Source: Octopus sinensis (lineage: Eukaryota). Taken from it: a stretch of 64,000 nucleotides of DNA. Each line of letters starts with the position of its first letter. Within the stretch, counting starts at the first letter, position 1. Both the position numbers and the translations under genes were made by a program. Location: NCBI RefSeq assembly GCF_006345805.1, contig NW_021831286.1, positions 1 to 64,000 on the forward strand, given 5' to 3'. Positions 49,543 to 60,828 of the stretch are shown piece after piece. Below the pieces are notes generated by a model that was given only the letters and a program-made list of their open reading frames with translations, was not told where the DNA came from and did not search any database.

Positions 49543-52500
49543 GACTAGATAATCAATAATCTGATCCCTTTCATAATTGCACATCGATAGATATCCATGC
49601 TCAAATAAAAATTTATTATTTTTTGCAAAAATAAAAACATTTTCAAAAATAAAATGATTATTACTAATAGACATATAAATTGCTTAATTTATTTATATTT
49701 GAATACTATGCGCTCTATTACTACGGATCGCTATTTCCTGGAATCCCTTCATATTAAATAAAATTCTATTTTTATATAATGGTTAACCTTTTTTAAAAGT
49801 AATTATCATAAACGGCTTAATTTATTTATGTCATTACCTGTTAAAAGACGACGTTCTTTGAATGAAGAAAAAAGAAAATTTAATATCAACTGGGAAAGTG
49901 AATACTTCGTAGTCGAAACAGACAACAATAGCATGCAATGCTTATTGTGCCATGAGATTGTGAAAACTATAAAACGGGACAATGCTAAACAATATTTTCA
50001 AAGACATTTAGACCACCTAGTTGTCAAGTCCAAGTGTTCAAGAGAAGATCCGTCGAAAATTTGAAATACAAATTAAGACAACAAAAAAATGTTTAAAAAC
50101 TTTTTTAAATGTGGCAAATGCAAGTGTTGAAGCATCCTTTCGAGTTGCTCATATCCTTGGATCTGCTGGAAAACCTTTTTCAGACGGCGAACTTGTGAAA
50201 AGATGTATCATGGAATCAGTTAAATGCATTGATCCCGACAAGGAGCATAACTTTGAAGCAATTCCACTTTCACGTGACACAATTCAGCAAAATGAAATAT
50301 TTAAAAAGTCAATATAGATCTCGGATAACGGATGCAAACTTAGAGTCATGTTTGCGCATAATGATATCTATCCTACCAGTGGATTTCAATAAGCTCACAA
50401 AAAATACTAAAGATCCTGGCCTTCATTAGAATAACTTGTATAATACATTTCTTTTAATTAATTTTCCTTCTTTCTTATCTTTTGTCCATGAAATAATTAT
50501 TTATTTTAATAATATGATGTCCCTGATGAACGAGAGCATTTCCTGTCCAAGAACTCATTCGGTCTCGATGACAATGTGTGGTTTATTGATTGTCCTTATG
50601 CGGTCACTTGTAATAATTAAAAAAAATTACTATATTAATATCGAAAAAATAATGCAGAAAATGTGCGGCCGTGGAAGAGAAGGAAAAAAAAATGCTATGC
50701 GGCCGCAAACCCGAAAAGCTTGCGCACCCCTGATCTAGAATCTAGACTCTTGATTTACATAGATTGTATAATTTTTAAAAGATTCTGTCAATATACGGAG
50801 TTGGTTTTTGTAAAATGCATCTAGCTACTCTAAGTCGTTTTTGAGGGTCCCCGTGTTCCAGAATTATAGAGCAATATTGGCTTCACAAAAGTATCATATA
50901 ATCTGATGCAAATGTTCAGCGAAACTTGCTTTTTTCTTATCCAGGTTTTGGTCATTTTGTAAAAAAGATGGTGACAAGCATCTTTGTTCGGAAAATATCT
51001 TCGGCAACCCCAAGTGGCGAGACAACTTCAGTGCTCGTCATTCCTTGATTTTGTTCGTTCTATTCATTTACATTCAGTTTATGCGTAAATTCTATTTATT
51101 CAAGATATTTTCGGCCTCGAGTAATACTTTGTCAAAAGTCTAAATCGTTTGCGTATAGTATTTCAGTAATTTCTTCATATTTGGACCCCCCTATGTTGTC
51201 TCTCAGTTTTTAAGACTGCTTTAATGTATATGATAAATGGAATAGGAGATAGAGTCTCTTCGTGGAGTGCCATATTAGTGCTAAATTTCTCTGACTGGTT
51301 AGTTCCAATTTTTACAGATAGATCGGTTTCAGAAAGTAATAAACTTATTAGTCTTAGGCAGTCTTCTTCAAGCCGTTCCTTTAAAACATTCATGAGTTTT
51401 TCTTGTTATTGCTGCCGACGGCCTTCGTAAGGCCAATCCTAGGATGTATTTTTGGCATATTGATATCAGCCATCAATGCCTTCACGCGTTATCTGAGTTG
51501 GATCTTTTATTTCTAACCCGCTTTGCTTTGTAAAAAATATTTTTCCACAGGCTCTCATACGGTTAAGCACTATGATCGATAAAGTTTTCCTGATGGTTGA
51601 TATATAGTAATTGGCCGTAGTCCGTCTACTGATCATTTTTTTCCAGAGACTCCATGTATTGGAATATTGGAATAAATACTCCATGTCCTATTGGAAAAGA
51701 ACAATGAAGCACCATTGACTTGTTTGATATGTTTCTGATTATATTTCCAACTATACTTGGGGCGTGTTTTAGTAACTCATCTGGTATATCATCGTAGCCC
51801 GCTGACCGATTGGCTTTAAAGTGCATGAATGCATTAATTACTTCCAATGTTGTAATTTTGTTTATAGGAGATCTCGGATGTCCATTAAATTTAGTATATT
51901 TACCTTAGCTGATTAAAACTGCGTCTTTAAGTGTTTGCCAATATAGTTTGCTTTATCCTCTGGATTTTGCAAGTCATGGCCTATTTCAAGTCGCTTTTTC
52001 GCTCTACTTTGTGTAAGTAATTTGACAGCAGCAAACATTTGTCTTCCATACTGACAATCTTCTTATCAAATGTGATATTTGGCTACGTTTTTTTCTTAAT
52101 TTGTTTTTGTTCGAATTTAAGCTTTCGAGTTTTATTTAAACTTATTTTTTTTGTTGCTGGACAATTCTCTGATTACACGATCATGAATAATATTTCTGTT
52201 TTGGGGAATTCCCTGTTATCCAACAGTCTCAATCGCCGATTGTTTTAAAATAGCCAAGATATTCCCAAGATCAATTGAGAGGGTGCCACTGGTCTCAACT
52301 TCATGTAGACGTTTAGAGATATTTTGTTGGTATTTTTTTTCCAAATGTCAAAGTTTAACATTTCCACGGCCAAAGTCCATTTAGAGACTTTGCCAGACTC
52401 AGTCATTTTGTAGAATTTGACAATACAGTTGTTAGATTTTACTCATTTTTTTATTTGAGCATATACTAGTCTTTTAGTTGTATTGTCTTTATATTTAATG

Positions 52501-52599
52501 CCTTAAATATTTTTTTGAATCATTCAATAAATTGCTTTAAATACTTTTTTATTGTGCTATGTTTTATATTGACGGGAATCATATTCATCTCAATAATGA

Positions 52600-55400
52600 G
52601 CAGGACAAAAATATTTTGATTCAGCAAGGATTGAAATTTCCTGCACCTTTATACATATTTTGTGATAAAATTATTAATTATTTATCAATTCACTCTCAGG
52701 CACAACCATCTGGTAACAAATACGATTAAAATATTGTTCAGATTTTGATAAATCACTTTTGATGATATTTCACAACGCCTTAAATGCATTAACGACAAAG
52801 GAACACGTTTTGGACGTCTTTAAGGTCATATAATGTTATCACTTTAGGCTGTTCATTCGATGGCGATTTCCTGTGGAGGAAAATGTCAGTCGTGGGCTGA
52901 TTTGGTCAAAAATGTTCCGAACTATCAGCTTATCCTCGACGTTTTCAGAATTGTTTTTACTTTTTCGAATGAAATGTATTTTTGTTGCATATTGAAGTGC
53001 TTTCGAGCAACTCCATTTTTTGTCGTATTTGATTGATGTCTATGACGAGAATTATTCCTTTCTCTTCGACGGGCTTGTCCTTTCCGCCTGGTATTACGCG
53101 GTAATCAACTTAAGCACTCCACCCATGATCCCCGAATTCTTCAGAATTGTACTCCATAGGACATCCGTTCTGTTCTCATCCAAAATAAAGGGATCGTGGA
53201 TGCCCGACTACTTGGATTTCAGTGGTGGCCTGTCTTTTCTCTTCAACCTACTACGGGAGTTGATGGAATGTCACAGAGAGCAATGTGAGCCCGTCCTTCT
53301 AGATTTTGTTACTGTATTGCTGCTATATTCACGACAGTCTAGAAGCTCTGTGGTACTCGACGACTGGATATTACTTGTATATTTATTCTGCAATGGCAAC
53401 ATCAAAGTAGATCAGCAACTTGTCGAGTTCTTGGCCCGAAATTGTATTTTGTATTATCATTTTCAGTGACAACCTCCCAGATCGAAGGTCTACTTCACAT
53501 GTTCGGTAGTTGTGACAAATTGAATGTGCATCACGGTTTCCATTTTTAGTGACGTTGCCCAGATCAGATGGTTCTTTGCTTCTTTATTCACTGCGATTTT
53601 GTCCCAACACTTTTGAGTCTCCTTCGGGCGGCCTCCAAACAGTCTTCTCTGGTCGTCCAATACGCTAATAAACTGTTGGCAAAAATATCGACTGTCCTGT
53701 CCAATGCAGTCTTTGTGGGGGACCCCGAGGATCGTTCTTCTGGGACTGAGGACTGTCACACGGAGCTGGTAGAGGAGCCCCCTCTGTCTCTCGAAGACGG
53801 ACTGAGAGCCAAGTTTGGTTGTTTTGAGGATAATTTTGACTATTTCCGAAGTCTTGTTGCTTTTGTTCTTGATTGTGAATGCACGTGAGTTCATTTGTTG
53901 ACTTTAGAATGTTTGGAGAGTCGCTTCTTCAGTTTTTGTCAGTTTACGGACTCAAGTTAAAGGCCGGGCATTGTGGTCATGTTCTAAACTTTGTTTTTGA
54001 TTCTGTCCATCCCGATAACCTTAATACTTTCACGTTTTTTGTGAGCCTCGTCGAAAATTGGATTTACCGACATCCGACAGTCCTATCCGAATTTTTCCGA
54101 ATTCTTTTACGACCAATATCCCCTTCGGTGAAAAGGGGAACATTCTACTCCAAATTATCCACGTTTTTAAACATGACTTGTCCGTCCTCCATATTCCGGT
54201 ATTCGATTTTATACAATTCTTAGTATCAACTTGGTGAGGAGTCTGGTCCCCTATTGGGACGACTTGTTGTCTGCAGTCCTCCAATTGATGGAATATCCCT
54301 CCAACATTCGAGACCTATTGAGTGTCCTTGTCCTAGTGGACCACCCTCCTTCTTTTCCGTTTGTTTCAATAACTCGAATTGCCTGTTACACGGCTAGTTT
54401 GTTTGTTCAACTGCTCGCACTTGAATTGGCTGACATTCGTGGTTGTCTTGTACTTTTTTATTCAGATTTGTCCTCCATTTTGAAAAAGCTGGTCGTCAAG
54501 TTCCATTCCCAAGTGGAATTTAGATTTTTACTTTCGCGAGAAATCTTAAATCACGTGGTTGCGGGGGACGCCTGTCATTATGTAGACAAGTCTGAGGTGA
54601 TAAGGGAACTCGATTCCGACATGGTGCACACAATGATTGAACTCATGCCAGACGATTTGAAGGATTATTTTGATGGGGATGTGGAGATTAACACCTCTCA
54701 GTCGACCCACTCTCTGAGAAGATATCTTGTCATTTGGATTTTGTCGATTACACTAAAACACGATTCGTCTCCATTTTCCAAATTCTGCAGCAGCAAGACT
54801 TTTAGAAACCAACTGGGAACTCATTTTGTGAATTTAGTGAATCAGAGGGTGGGTTGGGTTATCCACGAGTCACATTTCGAATGGTTGTTTCTGTTATTTG
54901 ATCATTAGCCAAATCGACGTTTTCAAATTATTTAAGAACAACATTGTAATGTGGGATATTGTCTTGTTTCTATGTGCCCCCGGAGGTTGATTACCTGCAT
55001 TCTGATGGTTGCAGACACATCTGACGACTTGTCTCGTTTGGTCTTTGGAGTCCTGAATCACCTCAAGAACGACTACTCGGGAAAGAATCCCTCTTGTCGG
55101 GCCTCAATGATTCCGTTCTTCCGCGATCCAATTCGTTTCATGCTTAAAGTGACTGTGTTATCCTCACAGGGTAGAGAATAAGTCGACTCGATCTTGTCTA
55201 TCCTATATGTGAGATTGTGAGATTGGTTGACTACGTCGATGCTGGCGTTCTCATGCTAGCCTTGTGGAACTTTTCAGTTTTGTTTCGTGTTTATTTGTAG
55301 AGTCGGAAATACTCTGAGTGCCATGAAGACAAATGTTCGTTATAAAAACTAATGCTGATAGGTTTTTCTCCCGAATTTCGCAAAGTTTTGATGGAGATTT
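52600..55400 (+). CDS. Multi-exon gene for a large, probably alpha-helical protein of unknown identity
   Basis: Chain of plus-strand ORFs (53020-53469, 53568-53888, 53879-54223, 54231-54908, 54951-55181) joined by GT-AG micro-introns such as 54199-54223; no recognisable domain; ends approximate. Confidence 0.5.
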
Positions 55401-56174
55401 TTAGTCGTAATATAGTCGTCGTCGCTCAATACGTCAAGTATTTTGTTCATTGATTTTTGTAAAAATAATGCTTATATTTAATTTGCGGGTTTTTAACTAC
55501 TGCAAGGTAAGTCGAATCTTATTAAGTCTCAGACTAGGTCTGTCTGAAGCAGTCCAATAGTTTGAACAAGTTGTTTTTGATGCCTCATAACCAGGGCAAT
55601 TTTTTTCTAGCACTTAAAAAAATTTTTTTGCCATAAATCATACAATCTAGCATCTACTATCAAAAAAATTAGCACTTAAATGATTAAATCTAGCATTTAA
55701 CATTTTAAAATCATTTAAAATAAACTAACTTCTCTTCTCTAATTTTCTTGTTTCAGTTTAAAAAAAAATTTTAAATAATAAAATATAACATTAAAATTTT
55801 ATTTATGATATTGTTCCTATACTTTTTTAAAATATTTTCCAGTATTTTAATTGCTCTTTCAACAGATGCAGAGGATGCCTGACAGCGTAAAAGTAAAAAT
55901 AATCTTGTTGGCTAATTTTTGGTTTAGTCATTTCAATAATCGATTTTCCTCCATTCTTTAACTCATATAAATTTTTACTATTTGCCTTGTCATCATAAAA
56001 ATGTAGTCCTTTTATATCATATCTGACAGTCCGAATAATCTATACTTGTCACAAATGGCTGAAAAATAGAAATTTAAAAAATTAGAACATCTTAATAATA
56101 AAATGGTATGGTGTGTGTCTGTCTGTCTTTCTGTCTGTCTGTCTGTGTGTGCACACCAACTTCAAATTGGCAAT

Positions 56175-56890
56175 ACGATGTCCTCGACTTACATGATGAG
56201 GTCCTTAAAACCTTCCCCCCCAAAAAAAATTAAAAAAAAATTTTCTCCATTTTGGTTAAAATGAACAACTACAATGTCCTCGACTTACATGATGAAGTCC
56301 TTAAAACCTTCCCCCCCAAAAAAAATTAAAAAAAATTTTTCTGCATATTGGTTAAAATGAACAACTACAATGTCCTCGACTTACATGATGAAGTCCTTAA
56401 AACCTTCCCCCCCAAAAAAAATTAAAAAAAAATTTTCTGCATATTGGTTAAAATGAACAACTACAATGTCCTCGACTTACATGATGAAGTCCTTAAAACC
56501 TTCCCCCCCAAAAAAAATTAAAAAAAATTTTTCTGCATATTGGTTAAAATGAACAACTACAATGTCCTCAACTTACATGATGAAGTCCTTAAAACCTTCC
56601 CCCCCAAAAAAAATTAAAAAAAAATTTTCTGCATTTTGGTTAAAATGAACAACTACAATGTCCTCGACTTACATGATGAAGTCCTTAAAACCTTCCCCCC
56701 CAAAAAAAATTAAAAAAAAATTTTCTGCATTTTGGTTAAAATGAACAACTACGATGTCCTCGACTTACATGATGAGGTCCTTAAAACCTTCCCGCCAAAA
56801 AATCAAAAAATTATTTTCTGCATTTGATTAAAATGAATAACGTTAATGTCCTCGACATTCATGATGAGGTCCATTAAAACCTTCGAGGCA
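56175..56890. repeat. 96-bp tandem repeat, about 7.5 copies
   Basis: TCCTC anchors at 56181, 56277, 56373, 56469, 56565, 56661, 56757 and 56849; central copies almost identical, last copies degenerate. Confidence 0.95.
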
Positions 56891-57150
56891 AAAATCTCAC
56901 GTATTAAGAATATCCTTGATGAAAACGACAGCGAGAATATTAACAATGATGAACTCCCAATTATTCGCGATAAAGAAATTCAATTCATCCTATGATTTTC
57001 TCTTTAAAATTAAATGCATATATCATTATCGACCATGAATCAAAATTATAGCTATTATCATATTTGACTTTGACAGAATGTGCAATTACAGATTGCACGA
57101 CCTTGAATAGAGTGTGCAATTAACAGATTTTGAAAAACACTTTGATAGTT

Positions 57151-57671
57151 TTTTTTTTTTTTTTTTTTGAAACACAACAAAGAATTTAAAGCAATTGGGT
57201 GGCTAAGGGAATTGTCGAGAGCCTGAGGGTCAGCTCAACGATGCCGCGCTGCGTATTGAGTGGCAGTTTCCGCGGAGCACAGCAACCGAGATTCGCTGGA
57301 ACAGCCAGCTCGTCTCCCTCCGGTCGTATGTTTTTGTGGAGATTTTTCTACCAATGGCGGTGAGGAGTTGAGTCGCAGCCTTTCCGACGATTCCAGAGGT
57401 TTCGAAGGCGAGGGGGGCAAACTCAAAAGCGTCCGAAATACACCGGTATTTCGTCCTCTTTGTCTCTTCAGCCAGCGCACTGGCGGAACCCGGGTTTGCG
57501 ACAGTCCTGGGAAGCAATGTCGCCGAAAAAGAGTCGACACACGTGGCATCCCAAACCAGGGACTTGCCTTCCCTAAAAGGAAAGGTCGTCATCCCGTCGG
57601 GACGCTTGCCGTCGCTCCGGGAAAGGCCGACTGGCTCTAGGGTGGAAGGGAAACCAGCCGACTCTAGAGCC
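57151..57671 (-). mobile_element. 5'-truncated CRE-like retrotransposon inside the Helitron
   Basis: DGKRPDG..FPF..GKSLVWDATC..FETSG..QRISVAVLRGN; T-run of about 20 nt ending at 57168; TSD CTTTGATAG(TT) at 57140-57150 and 57672-57682. Confidence 0.93.
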
Positions 57672-58877
57672 CTTTGATAGTTAAAACCACATTAGCACAA
57701 TCATTAATACAATTTACCACCAATTGACAGCGCAATCAGAAGAATTTGCGTAAAAATATTAACTATTTAGTTAAGTTTTTCGTAAAGATAGAATTTGTTT
57801 TCGGTATGCCTCTTTTCCTAAACTTTTTTATTATTCAAAAATAATTTTTTAAATAGATAACCGAAGGAGGAAAAACGAAGCTGAAGAAAAAACGGTCAGC
57901 TTAAGGTAATTAATTAAATCTTTTTTGTGTGTCGCTTTTTTGGCTGCTGCTACTCTGCCTGCCGCATCTCCGGCTGCCCCATTTCCGCCAGTGGTTTGTC
58001 TAATCAAGGTCACTAAGCTAAATCTCCGGACTATAAAGGCTCTTAAGCATTATCTTAATTGGCTGTTAAAAAATTAGACTGGTTGTTGCCGTGGCGGCAG
58101 AGATTTTTTTTGTTTATACTATTTTACAAATTTTTAAAGTTTTTTTTTTGTTTTTTTATTTTTTTGTTTTTAAATTATTCATTTTTATTTGTTTTTCTTT
58201 ATTTTTTTGTTATTTTCTAAAAATTCAACCGGATTGAATTTTTAAACTCCTTAGATCCCTCTGGAATGCCGAATCATCTTTTAAAGTTAAAGATAGGCGT
58301 TCCAGTGGTTTTATTACGAAATCTTGCGCCACCTAAATTATGCAACGGAACGAGGTTAGTTATCAAAAATTTGATGGCTAACGTAATAGAGGCGACGATA
58401 TTAACAGGTAAGTATAGAGGTGAGGATGTTTATATTCCACGAATTCCGATAATTTCTGATGAATTACCATTTAGATTTAAAAGGCTGCAATTTCCTTTGA
58501 GGATGAGTTTTGCAATGACAATAAACAAGGCCCAGGGACAGTCATTAAAGGTAGTTGGGTTATTTTTAGAGAGTGAGTGCTTTTCATATGGACAGCTGTA
58601 TGTGGGATGCTCGAGGGTAGGCAGAAGAGAAAATTTATTCATATATGCCAAGGAAGGACGGACGACAAACATCGTTTATCAACAGGCGATAGAATAGGGT
58701 TACATTAAACCAGGTAGTTTTATACATCTACATAAACTTATAGTTGTTTGATGAAACAGGCCCTCCGCAGGAGCTAGGTCGCGGTGAGCGAAGCGAGCTG
58801 CCGAGCTAGTAATCAATAATTGATTATTTATTTTTATAGAATCACATTGTTATTTTTTATTTAAAAAAGCGCGAAAC

Positions 58878-59340
58878 ATGCCTGTAGTGAGACTATATAA
58901 GGAAACACAAGAAAAAATCAAAGAAATGAAGTACCCCAACTTTGATACATCGTCAATCAAGTGGCATGAACGATACAGGCTCACAAAATTGGGAAGGAAT
59001 TTCTATTTTGAAAATGGAAAAACATATTTTCGGAAGAATGGGCTTAAATTGCGTTTTTTCTGTGAAGATGAAATCGAATTAAAGCTTAAGTGCGTTGAGG
59101 TGCAACTTAATAAATACAAGTTAGGCGGAACATAACCATAACCACTTTGGGAGAGACCGACTTTTTTCGAAATTAAGAAATCTCTATTATGGATTGAATA
59201 GAGAAGAAATCTCTAAGGTGATTTCGCTTTGTGCTTTCTGTCAAGTAATAACTCCTTTCAGCAAATATTTTTAGTCGAAAAAATTATTGTCTACGGAGGC
59301 TCCAATTACGCCAATCATTGCAATCGATTGTGTAACTAAT
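58878..59340 (+). mobile_element. Ginger-like integrase N-terminal fragment with two micro-introns
   Basis: LKLRFFCEDE..LKLKCVE|AEH...FGRDRL...CAFCQ|; introns 59100-59124 (25) and 59245-59274 (30). Confidence 0.72.
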
Positions 59341-59647
59341 GAGAAACTCAAGTCACATGATTTTTATTGATGCATGTTATTATACAAAAAATAAATAGCA
59401 TTTAAAATTAAAAATTATATGCTTTTTAACAAAATTAAAAAAGAATTATTCCATATTCAATTTTATATTAAAAAAGTAAAAATAGCATTTTAGCACCTAA
59501 ATTGCCTTACTCATAACTTTTTCAAAAATAAAGAAAATAAATAGTAAAATGCTCACAAAGGCTGCCAATTCAACTTATTCGTTGTGTAAACTTAGCTTTT
59601 TGAGAAAGTTGGAAAATAGAGCTCTGCATCAAAAACACAATTATTTA

Positions 59648-60404
59648 TTAAATATAACATCGACGAGCACGATCAAGGGAGAAACGTCGAAGGACATTCC
59701 GAACATCGCGAGTAAAGCGAAGGGCGTCAAGGAATGGTAGAACATCCAATAAGTGAGTATCGAGGACATCGCCCATCCAAGACTTAATCAAAATCGAGTT
59801 TTGAGGGAAGGAATGGTGAATGAACAGGGAATCGTCCAAAATAAAAATAGAGGACAAGTCATTGCTGATCATACGAATGTCCTTGAATATATTATTCCTC
59901 TCCAACGAACAGTGCTGTCATAGAGACAAGGAGATAACCAAACGATGAAAGACAGAGCAGAAGACGGTCGAGTCCTCATCCAGTAGTTGGACTACTCTCC
60001 TAGCATATGCTTCCTGTGCGGCCGTGAAAACAACAACGTTGTACCACCCACTGATCTGGCAATTAAAATGGGTCACTAACACATGAAAGGAATTCTTGCA
60101 CGTGGGGTCGTTTGAGAATGTAAAAGTCTTCGAGTCCGTCCTTCGAGAAGTTCCTTACTGAGTGAACCAATGTCTCGTCCAAGTCGAGGACAATTGTCTT
60201 TCTCCTCACTTCATCTGAGCATGTTAGACATAAAAACAGACACAGCCTGGACGTGGAGGATGCACTCAAAGGAGATTCTATATAATTGGGAGCCTGTGGT
60301 ATAAACCACGTGGATACCTGACCTGGACGAAGTACTTGTGATAAAACAATCACCAAAGTACAGAACAAGTCTAAACAACAAGCACAGATACGGCCAAGAG
60401 TCAT
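59648..60404 (-). CDS. CTDNEP1: CTD nuclear envelope phosphatase 1 (Dullard)
   Basis: PLSASSTSRL..VRRKTIVLDLDETLVHS, KRPHV, DLSSIFILD, IKSW...LLDVLPFLDALRFTRDVRNVL; micro-introns. Confidence 0.88.
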
Positions 60405-60828
60405 TTAAATACTATTTTTAGTTATTAGTTCTATTAATATAATCAAATATTGTTGTTATTATTTCAAAATGTTATTAATGATAACTACAAAAGCATTTTT
60501 CCACTTTTTCTATTAGAATCAACTTGCGTACGTTCACCTAATGAGGCTATTTCTCCACCTATCATACACAAAAACACGATTCTTGCTCCCCACCTCATTT
60601 TCGTGTCTACCCTTATTTCCCACTACAGATTGTTCCTTAATGTGGTCAACTGCCTTCTTTTCAGTGATTGAATTTATGTTTTCATATCTATGTGCACGCG
60701 GTATTTTAAAAAGACTGTTTTCCTATTTTAGTAATCCTACCATTTGACCCCATAAAAAGATGCTTTCAGACTAGACTTGCCGTTATTTGGGGAATAGCAA
60801 ATAAATAAAATTAAATTGTATCATAGCA

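Larger units (their letters stand above)
42671..49747 (-). mobile_element. Ginger-like integrase transposon (intronless ORF), hosting a CRE and a hAT insertion
   Basis: ORF reconstructs across the hAT TSD as ...DQIIDYLV|NANLPST...HLDTGHPGRD...CTTC...ERLIIDLVDL..DSFTKY..HTDNGLEF..QGQVERLNQTLK, ending at 46349. Candidate imperfect TIRs at 42671-42702 and 49716-49747 (termini tentative). Confidence 0.75.
41390..50732 (+). mobile_element. hAT (GTF2IRD2/SPIN/Buster-like) element, internally deleted transposase 49828-50429, hosting nested elements
   Basis: Perfect 14-bp TIR CAGGGGTGCGCAAG; 8-bp TSD ATCTAGAA at 41382-41389 and 50733-50740; KFNINWESEYF..CLLC and KSQYRSRITD.NL motifs. Confidence 0.93.
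41057..52387 (-). mobile_element. RTE-like LINE split by a 9.3-kb nested insertion
   Basis: 27-bp direct repeat CTTTGCCAGACTCAGTCATTTTGTAGA at 41030-41056 and 52388-52414. RT remnants (NRSAGYDDIP; LSPIPFIIY) lie at 50741-52387 and the C-terminal RGRPR piece at 41057-41389. Confidence 0.85.
56090..58809 (+). mobile_element. Non-autonomous Helitron with a PIF1-like helicase C-terminal remnant (~58225-58697)
   Basis: Begins A|TC at 56090 followed by a (GTCT)n microsatellite; ends with a GCGAAGC-type hairpin and CTAG|T at 58809; LLRNL...[39 protein letters not shown]. Confidence 0.88.
55592..59509 (-). mobile_element. hAT element remnant hosting a Helitron and an integrase fragment
   Basis: 8-bp TSD CTCATAAC at 55584-55591 and 59510-59517; termini CAGGGCAATTT / TAAGGCAATTT; TAGCAC/TAGCAT subterminal repeats; QASSASVERAI dimerisation motif on the minus strand near 55850-55885. 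Confidence 0.85.

Noticed and set aside
56175-56890. CRISPR array, box C/D snoRNA cluster or hammerhead ribozymes in the 96-bp repeat
   Set aside because: Units are repeated in full with no unique spacers and there are no cas genes. ATGATGA is present, but there is no CTGA box D and no CTGATGA...GAAA hammerhead core.
60450-60747. Short plus-strand ORFs between CTDNEP1 and the SLC22-like gene
   Set aside because: Overlapping short ORFs with no homology and no convincing splice structure.
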